Of a stretch of DNA of 64,000 nucleotides, positions 30,821 to 40,911 are shown one piece after another. Source of the stretch: Nitrospiraceae bacterium. GTDB taxonomy: Bacteria; Nitrospirota; Nitrospiria; Nitrospirales; Nitrospiraceae. The notes below the pieces were generated by a model. It worked only from the letters and a program-made list of their open reading frames with translations. It had not been told where the DNA came from and did no database searches. The position numbers were made by a program, and so were the translations under genes. Within the stretch, counting starts at the first letter, position 1; every line of letters begins with the position of its first letter. Location of the stretch: NCBI GenBank assembly GCA_050246315.1, contig JBFWWG010000001.1, positions 416,001 through 480,000 on the forward strand. The letters are read 5' to 3'.

Positions 30821-31274
30821 TGCTGCAGGTGTTGGAGTGACGGTCGGGTCAGGGACCAGTCTTGTCGAAGGCGGAGAGGTGGAGCGTTTGCGGAGGGTAC
30901 ATTCCATGCCGGCAGCAATAGCCGGGATTAACCTGTGGATTTACGAATTGTCTTGTAGCAAGCCCGCTCGCTGTCCTTTCCAGCAACCTCAGAGGTCATC
31001 GTTGATGCTCATCACAACCGATGAGACGCTGTTCGATCGAGCATGGCCTGGTCGAAACCATGCGGAGCGCAGTAGGACCATATCGCCGACTTCAATATTA
31101 CGGATCACGATGGGACACGATGGCGCATTCTCTTCATGCCGGGGGTTAAACTATGTATGATCGTCGATCGCGGGAAGCCCCAAGAGGGTCAGTAATCCGA
31201 ACGTGTTCCAGGAGATCATGACCTGTGGGTTATGTGAGTTGAAGGTATACGTAATCATGCCGTGTATATGCTAG

Positions 31275-31372
31275 GGAAGGTCTGATCAATTCAAAATCCT
31301 AGGCCGCGATCCGCCAGATTTCCCGTCTTTTGTACACCTACCAATCGAAATTGGGAATTATTCAGACCTTCC
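31275..31372. mobile_element. 98-bp MITE, copy 2 (inside the IS481 left IR)
   Basis: Identical to 12769-12866; flanked by CTAG (31271-31274, 31373-31376). Confidence 0.92.
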
Positions 31373-31429
31373 CTAGAACTTAATCTGACAGTCCGGTAGC
31401 GTCCTCCCTTCATCGAAAGGAGTGAGGGC

Positions 31430-31588
31430 ATGACGACTGAGCAGAAGATCATCAAGGCCAAAGTGGGCGTGTTGGAATTGGCGAAACAACTCGGCAATGT
31501 CTCGAAGGCCTGTCAGCTGATGGGCTATAGCCGGGACAGTTTCTATCGCTTCAAGGACCTGTATGAGACGGGAGGTGAGGCGGCCCTG
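31430..31588 (+). pseudogene. IS481 transposase, N-terminal fragment
   Basis: [53 protein letters not shown]; continues in frame at 32936. Confidence 0.88.
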
Positions 31589-32926
31589 GAGGTATAAAAA
31601 GAAGGCGTGGAAATAGGAAAAGGGCGGTGGCAACCTTCCGGGTGACCAAACCCACCGGGCTGATGCCCGGCCATGAAAGGAGGCACCGCCGTGAAGGAGC
31701 AGAGCACAGCAACGGGAGTTGAGTCAAGGAATCTCTGGGACCAGTTGGAGGAGTTTGCACGTGCCCACATCCAACGATTCATCCAGACTCTCTTGGAAGA
31801 AGAAGTCACCATGGGGTTGGGCCGGGGTAAGTCGGTGCGGCGCGAGGCTGCCGATGCACCGGAGGGATATCGCAACGGGTACGGGAAGCCCCGGAAGCTC
31901 GCGCTCACGTGTGGAACGATCACCGTGCGGCGGCCACGGGTCCGCGGCCTGGGGGAGCGATTCGTCAGCCGGCTCCTTCCCCTGTTTAAGCGGCGCACGA
32001 GGGCCGTCGGCGAGCTGTTGCCCCAGTTGTACCTGCACGGATTGGCGCACGGGGACTTCGAGCTGGCCCTGCGCGGGCTGCTGGGTGAGGGGGCGCCGTT
32101 GTCGGCAACCTCCTTGCCACGGCTCAAGGCCCAGTGGCACCAGGAATATACTGACTGGAAACGCCGCCGGCTGGGTGACCTGGACGTCGTGTACGTCTGG
32201 GCCGATGGGCTGTATGTGAAGACCGGGTTGGAAGACAGCAAGGCGGCGCTGGTCGTGCTCGCGGTGGAGAGCGGCCAACGTGAATCGAAGGAGTCCTGGG
32301 GCGCCGTGTTGCGGGATCTGCGGACCCGGGGGCTCAAGCCCTGGCGCTGCACCGTGGCCGATGGCCATCTCGGCATCTGGGCCGCGCTCGCCGAGCAGCA
32401 GCCGGCGGCGGCGGAGCAGCGGTGCTGGAACCATACGATCATCAATGTGCTCGATGCCATCGCAACGAAGCACCAGGCTGAAGCGACGACGCTGTTGAAA
32501 ACCATGCCGTATGCCGAGACACGGCTCGCGTGTGAGCGGGGCCGCGACCAGTTTAGTCGGCAGTACTGCGCGGTGGCCCCGAAGGCCGTTGAGCGCTTAC
32601 ACCAGGACTGGGAGCGCCTGGTCACGTGCTATCAGTTCCCGAAAGACCACTGGCGGTATCTGCGGACCACCAACGTAGTCGAGTCGCCCTTCGCCGCCGT
32701 GCGGCTGCGGACGACGGCGGGCAAGCGGTACAAGCGCGTCGAGTCCGCCACGGCATTGATCTGGAAGCTCCTCCAAGTAGCCGAGGGCCACTTCCGGCGC
32801 CTGAATGCTCCGGAGCTGCTGCCCCTCGTCTACGCCGGCGTCCAGTTTGTCGATGGCGTTCAACAACCGGTTATGCCGAAGGAGGCCGCCGCCTGATTCC
32901 ATTTGCACACCTATTGACAAGACCTC
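31589..32926 (+). mobile_element. IS256-family element
   Basis: IRs GAGGTATAAAAAGAAGGCGTGGAAAT / ATTTGCACACCTATTGACAAGACCTC; 9-bp TSD GCGGCCCTG (31580-31588, 32927-32935). Confidence 0.92.
31673..32896 (+). CDS. IS256 (mutator) transposase
   Basis: YRNGY, YVWADG, VADGHLG, QRCWNH, RTTNVVES. Confidence 0.9.
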   Translation: MKGGTAVKEQSTATGVESRNLWDQLEEFARAHIQRFIQTLLEEEVTMGLGRGKSVRREAADAPEGYRNGYGKPRKLALTCGTITVRRPRVRGLGERFVSRLLPLFKRRTRAVGELLPQLYLHGLAHGDFELALRGLLGEGAPLSATSLPRLKAQWHQEYTDWKRRRLGDLDVVYVWADGLYVKTGLEDSKAALVVLAVESGQRESKESWGAVLRDLRTRGLKPWRCTVADGHLGIWAALAEQQPAAAEQRCWNHTIINVLDAIATKHQAEATTLLKTMPYAETRLACERGRDQFSRQYCAVAPKAVERLHQDWERLVTCYQFPKDHWRYLRTTNVVESPFAAVRLRTTAGKRYKRVESATALIWKLLQVAEGHFRRLNAPELLPLVYAGVQFVDGVQQPVMPKEAAA

Positions 32927-32935
32927 GCGGCCCTG

Positions 32936-33817
32936 CAGGAGAGCTCTCACCAGAAACCGCTGCTGAAGAAGCGGGTGGCACCGGAGGTCGAACGGGCCAT
33001 CGTTGAGCTGGCAATTGCGCAGCCCGCCTGGGGCCAAGTCCGGGTGGCCAACGAATTGCGGAAGCAAGCCGTGGCGATCTCGCCGGCCGGCGTCCGCTGT
33101 ATTTGGCTCCGGCATGATCTCGAAACGATGCACAAGCGGCTGAAGGCATTGGAAGCCAAGGTGGCTCAAGACGGGCGGGTCTTAACGGAAGCCCAAGTGG
33201 TCGCGCTGGAGAAGGCGAAGGCCGACAAGGAGGCACATGGCGAATTCGAGAGTGAGTGTCCTGGCTACTGTGGGGCGCAGGATACCTTCTACGTGGGCAC
33301 GCTCAAGGGCGTGGGCCGGATCTATCAACAGACCTTCATTGACACCTATAGCAATCTTGGGTGTGCGAAGATCTATGATCGGAAGACGCCGGTCACGGCG
33401 GCCGATCTGCTCAATGACCAGGTGTTGCCGTTCTTCGAGCAACATGAGATTCCGCTCAATCGGGTCCTCACGGATCGGGGTACGGAGTACTGCGGGGCGC
33501 CGGACCGACATGAGTATGAACTGTATCTGGCCGTGGAGAATATCGATCATACCCGCACCAAGACCCGGCATCCCCAGACCAACGAGATCGGTGAACGGTT
33601 CCACAAGACGATGCTGAACGAGTTCTATCGCATGGCGTTCCGCAGGAAGATCTATCGGACACTGGAGGAACTGCAAGCCGACATGGAGACCTGGCTCCAG
33701 GAGTACAACGAACTGCGGCCGCATCAGGGCCGCTGGTGCTATGGCCAAACACCCATGCAGACGTTCGTCGACACTGTGCCGTTGGCGAAGGAGAACATGC
33801 TATTGATTCCTGCATAA
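32936..33817 (+). pseudogene. IS481 transposase, catalytic portion
   Basis: [23 protein letters not shown]; the original MLAA* end is displaced to 34907-34915 by IS630. Confidence 0.88.
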
Positions 33818-34904
33818 CTAATGTCCTATTTTAGACGCAATGAGAGAGGACTGTGATGAAGAAAGGATCGCAGGAGGTCCGCGCGGCGTTGAAGGGCTTG
33901 GCTGGAGCGACGGGTCCCCACCACCAACTGCTCGAGATCCAGCGGTGCCCAGTTGGCGCATGGATTCCTTTTGAGATAGCCCCAGGCATATTCGATGGGA
34001 TTCAACTCGGGGGCGTAGGCCGGGAAGAAGACCGGGTGGATTCGCGCCGACGGGGTCAGGAACGCCTGCACCGTCTTGGCGCGGTGAGGCCGAGATCGGT
34101 CCCAGAGCAAAACGAGGGGGCCGTTGAGGTGGCGCTGGAGGAGGCGCAGGAACGCCACCACCTCGGTCGCGGTGATGTTCCGATTGGGATGGAGCCGAAA
34201 ATACATGTGCACGTGGTCCCGCGTGGGCGGCACACACAACGCGGCGACGACGGACACCTTCTGATGAGCGCGGGTGCGGTGCTGGAGGACTGGCGTGTGT
34301 CCTCGGGGACTCCACGTCTGGCGGACCAGGGGAGCCATGAGCACGCCGCTCTCATCGAGAAATGCCAGCCACACTTTCAGGCGCGCGGCTTTTTTTTAAC
34401 GCCCGGCCACGTCTGCTTGGTCCATCCCTGGATGGCTGGCTCATCGCGTTCCACCGCGCGAGGTTGGGGCTTCTGGGCACTCCAGCCCAGAGCGCGGAGC
34501 AGGCGACTCAGATGATCCACATGGTACCGGACGCCAAAGCGATGGGCCATGACCTGCGCAATGCGGGGACAGGTCCACAAATCGGTGCCAAACCCGGCGG
34601 CCTTCGCGCCCTTGAGCAACACCCGTTCGACCTGCTGCAGGTGGCGGGGCGTCAGCTTCGGGGGACGCCCCGACGCCCGGCGGGCGCGCAACGCCTGCGC
34701 GCCGTGGTGGCGATACGCCGCCTTCCAGCGGCGGACACTGCGTCGATCCACGCCGAGCATCCGCGCCACTTCACTGGGGCCATACCCTTTGGCCAGCAGT
34801 GCTACCGCACGATGTCGGCGTCGTTCCAGTTCCCCTGGGCTTCCCGGTGGTCGCATGCGACACCTCCAGCTCAGAGAATAGGACTTTATTTATACAGGAT
34901 TCAA
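33803..34904 (-). mobile_element. IS630-family element
   Basis: Left IR TTGATTCCTGCATAACTAATGTCCTATT matches right IR reverse complement TTGAATCCTGTATAAATAAAGTCCTATT; TA duplication at 33801-33802 and 34905-34906. Confidence 0.92.
33826..34856 (-). CDS. IS630 transposase (orfA+orfB joined by -1 frameshift)
   Basis: HTH orfA 34377-34856 ends GTT AAA AAA AAG; -1 frame continues KAARLKVWLAFLDESG...WDRSRPH...PAYAPELNPIE. Confidence 0.88.
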
Positions 34905-35001
34905 TAGCAGCCTAAACCTGGTGAGGACTCGCTGTCTGTCAGATGGGGTCTTGACTTATACACATGACGGACGGTGTCGTGAACCGCCCGAAGGTCATGA
35001 G

Positions 35002-35547
35002 CTAACTAACGTAGGCATATCGACCTTTCATCAGCTTGACCATGTCCGCCTTCATCGAGTCCGAAACATGTCCTCGAAGGGTAAACTCCTCACCGAACAG
35101 CGGAACTGTCTCCATTTCCGATTTGCGTCGAGCGAGAAAATCTTCGAGGGAACAGATAACCCGCGCCGGATTTCCTGCAACGACTGCACCGGGTGGCACG
35201 TCACCCGTGACGATGCTGCCAGCACCAATGATCACATCTGAGCCGATGGTTACGCCCGGCAAAATCAAAGCCGAGGCTCCAACGAATACGCGGTTACCGA
35301 TCGCCACTTTACCCAGGCGCGTGTAGTTCAGATGACGTTTCGTGCTGGCATCGTGCGCCAAAATATGAACCCTGGGAGCTAATGTGACATCGTCGCCAAT
35401 CGTGATGAGCCAGCAGTGGCTCGGATCGATGATCACATCCTCCAGCATCACGAAGCGTTTTCCAACAATGAGCCCTTGCTTGATCAGGAGAGGAAGTGGG
35501 TCCCGGTGGATATACCGGCGAAGCAGGTTCACGAGAAAATGTCGCAC
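35002..35547 (-). CDS. Hexapeptide-repeat (LbH) acyltransferase
   Basis: IGNRVFVGASALILPGVTIGSDVIIGAGSIVTGDVP...AGNPAR. Confidence 0.9.
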   Translation of the reverse strand: MRHFLVNLLRRYIHRDPLPLLIKQGLIVGKRFVMLEDVIIDPSHCWLITIGDDVTLAPRVHILAHDASTKRHLNYTRLGKVAIGNRVFVGASALILPGVTIGSDVIIGAGSIVTGDVPPGAVVAGNPARVICSLEDFLARRKSEMETVPLFGEEFTLRGHVSDSMKADMVKLMKGRYAYVS

Positions 35548-35761
35548 AAGCCCTGTCCTTTTTGTGCGCTGCCGAAGCCGACTGGATTCCTGTATTCGAC
35601 GTCGGAATAATGGGAATAGATGTGGCGCGAGGCTAGCATAGCCTCGCGTGGCTTGACAACATTGACGCTCTCAGAACGTAGACGGTCGGATACCCTTGGT
35701 CGGCCACCAAGGGTGTTGTGGAATGTTGCCCAGCATCTATTAGGTGTTGTACCGCATCCGA

Positions 35762-36322
35762 TCAGAAGCAGCCGATTGGCACGAACCCGGCTCCGAAGAT
35801 TCTTGCTAATGCGAAATATCGCGCGTTGTCCCAAAATGGGTTCGTCGGTAAGTAGTTTCGTCCAGATGGATCGGTGCCGTACGACGGATCGTTTCCAAAG
35901 AAGAAGCCCCCTCGAGTCCGCTGGACGAGTTGCAGCCATTCAGAATACAGGGAACAGACTTCTGTTTGGACAGACGCGTCCGACGTATTATTCGCATACC
36001 AACCTTTGGCCCAATCAGGCACGTTTCGACTGTGCGCCGGAGTTGGCTGGGAAGGTTGCGGCGCGTGATCGATGTCGGGAGCCTGCACTCTCGGCTGGAA
36101 AGAAGAGGCAGGAAAATCTGGCATGGGAGGCACGATTGAAAGTGGCTTTAGATCAAGCTTTCGGCACCCCTCTCGCTCCCGATTTGTGTAAAGTGTCGCC
36201 GATCCTGTTTGGAGGCACTCCCACATTCCCAAGGGGTCGGCGGGGCGCGGCTCATCGGCGAACGCCGGTATAGTGAGCGTTGCCGTGAGAGCCAGAGCAA
36301 ATACGGACGGTATGGAGCGCAT
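35762..36322 (-). CDS. Hypothetical secreted protein
   Basis: Signal peptide ending AFA; GGAGG RBS; Cys-containing N-domain and Pro-rich linker. Confidence 0.7.
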   Translation of the reverse strand: MRSIPSVFALALTATLTIPAFADEPRPADPLGMWECLQTGSATLYTNREREGCRKLDLKPLSIVPPMPDFPASSFQPRVQAPDIDHAPQPSQPTPAHSRNVPDWAKGWYANNTSDASVQTEVCSLYSEWLQLVQRTRGGFFFGNDPSYGTDPSGRNYLPTNPFWDNARYFALARIFGAGFVPIGCF

Positions 36323-36626
36323 AACGCACCTCCGGGTCACACGTGTGACCAATAGGCTAAGGTGGACAACAGCTTTGCCAACGCGGCTCGGTATCACGGT
36401 ATCAAAGGAGATCGAATGGAATTTCTGCATACATGCGCCACTTTATCCACCGGCCCGATGTCGATACTATTCTTCTTTGGAGGGGCGTGGCACGACAGCT
36501 TGCGGGTCGTCTGATCGTGGAGGACGCAGACTTGTCATGATGAGGAATGGTATTCTCCTTCGTAGGGTCCAGAGTTTCCATTGATTATTCAACAAAGTAC
36601 GCTGACGATCTCGACATGACCCCCTC

Positions 36627-38000
36627 ATGAATCTCCAACACGTCGAACACTTCTTCTCGCATGACCTGTGGGTCCTGGATGTGACCCAATTGCCCAAATG
36701 GCAACGGATTGGCGTGTCGGCGCTTCGCCTCCTGAGCGCCGTGACCTGGGAATTTCGTCGCCGGTTGTTGGATGCGAGAGCCGCGGGTCTGGTCTATACC
36801 ACGCTCTTGTCGTTGGTTCCGTTCCTTGCCGTGACGGTCTCGGTGTTGAAAGCATTTGGTGTTCATCAGCAGATTGAACCTTTGTTGAGTCAGGCTCTTG
36901 AGCCGCTCGGACCGAGCGGACAAGAAATTACCTCCCGAGTCGTGGGGTTTGTAAGCAATCTCAAAGTCGGCGTGCTTGGTATCGTTGGGGTCGCGGGCTT
37001 GTTCTATACGACCTATTCCTTGATTGACAAGATTGAACAGACGTTCAACGCGATTTGGAATGTGCGTCATGGACGCTCCTTGACAAGAAAGTTCGCGGAC
37101 TACCTCAGTGTCGTACTGGTGGGACCCGTATTAATTGTCACGGCGTTCGGTTTGTTGGCCTCCATTCAAAATCATGCACTTGTTCAGCGAATTCTAGACC
37201 TTCAACCATTGGGGTTTATCTTCGTGTGGATCGCCGAGTACCTGCCCTTCCTGATCCTGTGGAGTGTCTTTACATTCTTCTACAAGTTCATACCGCATAC
37301 CGAGGTGCGGGTGTGGTCGGCCTGTGTAGGAGGCGCGACGGCCTCACTCTTGTGGGGATTGGCGGGCGAGGGATTCGCAGCGTTCGTCGCTGACTCTTCC
37401 AAGTACAGCGTCATTTACTCCAGTTTCGCAATCATGATCCTGTTTCTGTTGTGGTTGTATGTGGGGTGGTTGATCATCCTTATCGGAGCACAGGTGGCCT
37501 ATTTTCACCAGCATCCGCACGCATACGAACTACATTTCCTGTGGAGACAAGGAACACATGCGTTTCGCGAACGAACGGCCCTCCGTCTGCTTGCATCCAT
37601 GGCGACTCGAACGATTAGTGGAAAGCCTCCCGCCACGCTCGATGACTTGGCGGCTGATGCTGGCGTCCCCCTCTCAATCATCGACGACCTTATCGATGAA
37701 CTACGGTCATCAGGATTGGTAGAGCGTCTCGAAGACTCGAAGGCACTTGTCCTCCTAAGGCCGCCCGAGCTGATCGGTATTCAGACCGTCTTAGACATCC
37801 TGCGAGAGAAATCAGCGGGGATGTCCAGGGTCTCGACCTCAGGTGATGCTATCGATGACGTCATTCGATGCCGAGACGATGCGGCGGCTCGCGCCCTGTC
37901 CGGACTCACACTCCGAAATCTCGCCGATCAGACCCCTCCCTCAGAGTCAGTTCCAGCTCCCTCCAGCGGGATCGAACGGAGCTTGATCCGTGAGCATTGA
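36627..38000 (+). CDS. YihY/virulence factor BrkB family membrane protein
   Basis: RAAGLVYTTLLSLVP, IEQTFNAIW, FLLWLYVGWLIILIGA; C-terminal HTH-like extension. Confidence 0.9.
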   Translation: MNLQHVEHFFSHDLWVLDVTQLPKWQRIGVSALRLLSAVTWEFRRRLLDARAAGLVYTTLLSLVPFLAVTVSVLKAFGVHQQIEPLLSQALEPLGPSGQEITSRVVGFVSNLKVGVLGIVGVAGLFYTTYSLIDKIEQTFNAIWNVRHGRSLTRKFADYLSVVLVGPVLIVTAFGLLASIQNHALVQRILDLQPLGFIFVWIAEYLPFLILWSVFTFFYKFIPHTEVRVWSACVGGATASLLWGLAGEGFAAFVADSSKYSVIYSSFAIMILFLLWLYVGWLIILIGAQVAYFHQHPHAYELHFLWRQGTHAFRERTALRLLASMATRTISGKPPATLDDLAADAGVPLSIIDDLIDELRSSGLVERLEDSKALVLLRPPELIGIQTVLDILREKSAGMSRVSTSGDAIDDVIRCRDDAAARALSGLTLRNLADQTPPSESVPAPSSGIERSLIREH

Positions 38001-38119
38001 CGGGAAGGCTCACCCCGCACGGAGGCTGGTCCTCGGGCACTCGATGTTTCGCGGTGCCCTTCGTCGAGATTGCCTGAATCGATCGGGTGATCGACGAGCG
38101 CAGCGACCTCCTCCTTTGG

Positions 38120-38857
38120 AGGAGCAGCACGGGCAGCCCTTTCGCAAAGCCGAGCTTGACTTCGTTGCGAGGCTCTCAGGGCGCCACGATGTGGTCCCAG
38201 TGGTGTTCGATCAGTGCGGCGGACCTGATCCATGGGTCGACGAGATGGCGCAGGATATGGAACTTGTCGAACAGAATATGGGCCTGTGGAGCATGCCTCT
38301 GGACCGAGTTGCGGAACGCTTTCCATATGTCCAGCACCGCCAGCCGAATCCGAGACGGCTTCTTGAGGCCCAGATCGTAGAAGAACCGGTCCAGATCGGC
38401 CTCGTTTCGTCCTTGCCCACCGACTCAGATCGGGTGGTCTCGATCGAGATCACTGGCCACGGGGCGATACGTGTGGCCTTTCTTGAGCGACAGATCAGCG
38501 ATGCCGATGGCCTGCGGGGCTGGCTGAGACGTCTTGGCCTGCATGTACAGGGTATCTAAATTCTTGACCGTGTGTTCATGTAGATACAGCAGATGAGCCA
38601 CGGCCTTGTTCGACATGCCTCGACACAAGGGGCCGACTTGTTGGGCGAACCGTTGCGTGTAGCGCGGGTTCTGCGCCAGCCACTTCCCTCTCACCTCCTG
38701 ACAGCGCGCAGGCCACCCGCCGTTGCTCGAATACCAGTTAGATGCGCCGGCCCGCAGTGTCAGTATCACGGATGCGGCGTGTCCGGCGGTCGTAGCTGGA
38801 CGATTCTCTGCATGGCGTCTTCTTCTTCGGAGTGAACAGCTATGACCCGGCGGAGCC
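38120..38857 (-). mobile_element. ISL3-family transposase remnant
   Basis: WLAQNPRYTQRFAQQVG, IGIADLSLKKGHTY, VLDIWKAFRNSVQRHAPQAHILFDKFH across frameshifts; possible GGCTCC end at 38857. Confidence 0.75.
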
Positions 38858-39063
38858 TCATGCTCACGACTCTGTTTGGCGTGCCCGTGGCAACCATCAG
38901 GGAGAAGGAAGCTCCCACGTCATACTTGTGGCGGACTCGCAGTACTCGAGATCGCCGACGTTGACCGGGTCATAGCGCGCAGAGGATCGCGCATGCTCAT
39001 CTTGCGGGGTGAGCGCCTGGCGCTCACGACCACTCGTGAAGAATACGGGTTAGGACTTCTGGA

Positions 39064-40428
39064 CTATGGATGAGAGCCGGCTGATTGGTCACGCGCCGCG
39101 AGTCTACCCATCAGCCAGTACAGAGGCACACCCATCATCACGGTCAGCAAACCCATCAGAGACTCCCATGGGCGGTAGAAGAGACTGTGTGCGAGGAGAG
39201 CTGCCAAGACCAGGATCACGAGGAATGGAAGAAGAGGATACAGAGGTACTCGGAATGGCCTCGCCAATTCCGGACGCCGATGGCGCAACAGCACGACCGC
39301 GCTGACCGTCAGCGCACTGAACCCGGCCAACACGAGGCCGCCATAGACGACGAGTTGTTCGAAGGTGCTCGAAAGGATGAGGAAGGAGACCCATGCGCTT
39401 TGCAGCAGCATTGAACGAATAGGAATTCTTGTACCCCGACGCGTCACGCCAAACCAGGGGAGCAGCGCACCATCGACGGCCATGGCCCAATAGACGCGGG
39501 GGCCGGCCCAGACCATCGCACTGGCCGCTCCTGCGATGGATATGGAAAGCAAGAGTGCTGCGAGAAATGCTCCTGTAGGGCCCAGGAGGGCTGCCGCCGA
39601 CTTTTCCGCCACGGGCAACAACGGAGCCTCGCCGAGTCGATCGACCGGCAGGGCAAAGAAATAGAGCAGGTTGAGGCAAAGGTATACCACCCCGACAAAG
39701 AGCGTCCCACCGATCATGATGCGCGGCAGCGTCCTGATGGGGTCGCGGATTTCTCCTGCAATGTATCCGGCCACATTCCATCCCAGATAGGTATAAAAGA
39801 CAAAGACGAACGAGCCGAGGAGCGCGCCGACGTCCGTGCCAGGTGCGTTGGGCGATCTGCGGAGATGACTCCAGTCCCCCTCTCCGAAGAGCATTCCTCC
39901 CAGGATCAGACCGGCAATCGACAGGATCTTTATGGTGGTCAGTAGTTGCTGGAGCCGCCCGCCCGCTTGAAGGCCGACTCCGTGGACGGCGGTCAGACTC
40001 CATACGAGGGTGAGCGCAATCCCCGGGATCCACCAAGAATCAAGGCCTGACGGTGAGATCGCCCGCATCAGGTACGTCGCGAAGCCGACGGCCGAGGCCG
40101 CGATCGCCGCCCCGAATCCCACGGTGAAGGAAGTCCACCCGCTGAGAAAGGCGGGCAGAGGCCCGTAGGCCTCGCGAAGGTAGACATAGTCGCCGCCGGC
40201 CTGAGGGAACAGGGTACCCAACTCCGCATAACAGAGGGCGCCCGCGAGAGACACCGCGGCCCCTGCCAACCATAGGAAGAGGATGGCCGGCGGATCGCCA
40301 AGGTCCCTGGCTAGGAACCCGCTCGTGGTGAAGATGCCTCCGCCGATGATATTGCTGATCAGCAGGCAAACGGCAGTGAACCAGCCGACTTGTCTATCGT
40401 CAGGTAACGCAGCGGACGGATTGGGCAC
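39064..40428 (-). CDS. APC-family amino acid permease
   Basis: NIIGGGIF, YAELG, GGDYVYLREAYG, GWN...AGEIRDP. Confidence 0.92.
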   Translation of the reverse strand: MPNPSAALPDDRQVGWFTAVCLLISNIIGGGIFTTSGFLARDLGDPPAILFLWLAGAAVSLAGALCYAELGTLFPQAGGDYVYLREAYGPLPAFLSGWTSFTVGFGAAIAASAVGFATYLMRAISPSGLDSWWIPGIALTLVWSLTAVHGVGLQAGGRLQQLLTTIKILSIAGLILGGMLFGEGDWSHLRRSPNAPGTDVGALLGSFVFVFYTYLGWNVAGYIAGEIRDPIRTLPRIMIGGTLFVGVVYLCLNLLYFFALPVDRLGEAPLLPVAEKSAAALLGPTGAFLAALLLSISIAGAASAMVWAGPRVYWAMAVDGALLPWFGVTRRGTRIPIRSMLLQSAWVSFLILSSTFEQLVVYGGLVLAGFSALTVSAVVLLRHRRPELARPFRVPLYPLLPFLVILVLAALLAHSLFYRPWESLMGLLTVMMGVPLYWLMGRLAARDQSAGSHP

Positions 40429-40598
40429 GAGATAGCTTCCGTGATCGAGTGGACAAAGGGGACAGCTTTGCAGAGCGTCCGAAAAGCAACTCGCTTCCGA
40501 TGAACGGTTCCCTCGCGCCGCGCCGGGTGGTAACAGGAGATATCAATGATGACAGGAGCCGTTGATGTCGGCCTGCTTCAGAGCGAAGCAGACCTGGA

Positions 40599-40820
40599 CT
40601 ATTTGGTGATACGTAGTGCTTCCAGACGTTGACGCGCTCGCTGCGCCACCTCGTCTTGTGGGTAATTTCTGATGATCTGTTCATAGAGCTGGACCGCATG
40701 CGCTCGATTGTTCTGCCGCTCCTCAAATTGGGCTGTGGCGAAGAGCTCGCTTGGGTCCTCGCCGGAACAGCCAGCCATGGTCAGCAATACAAGGATGCAC
40801 AGGACGATCGACGATGTCAT
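40599..40820 (-). CDS. Small lipoprotein with TPR-like helix pair
   Basis: GGAGG RBS; lipobox MAGC; AVQLYEQIIRNYP. Confidence 0.7.
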   Translation of the reverse strand: MTSSIVLCILVLLTMAGCSGEDPSELFATAQFEERQNNRAHAVQLYEQIIRNYPQDEVAQRARQRLEALRITK

Positions 40821-40911
40821 TGCGCCTCCCGGATCGGGTGGCAACATTCTAGCTGGTGCAGTCGATCGCTTCCAGTTGAAAGCGAGCGGAAAGGGATCAG
40901 AAGCGTGGGAT

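Larger units (their letters stand above)
31263..34962 (+). mobile_element. IS481-family element interrupted by three nested insertions
   Basis: After removing the MITE, IRL is TGTATATGCTAGAACTTAATCTGACAG; IRR reverse complement is TGTATAAGTCAAGACCCCATCTGACAG; flanks CATGCCG / CATGACG. Confidence 0.88.
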
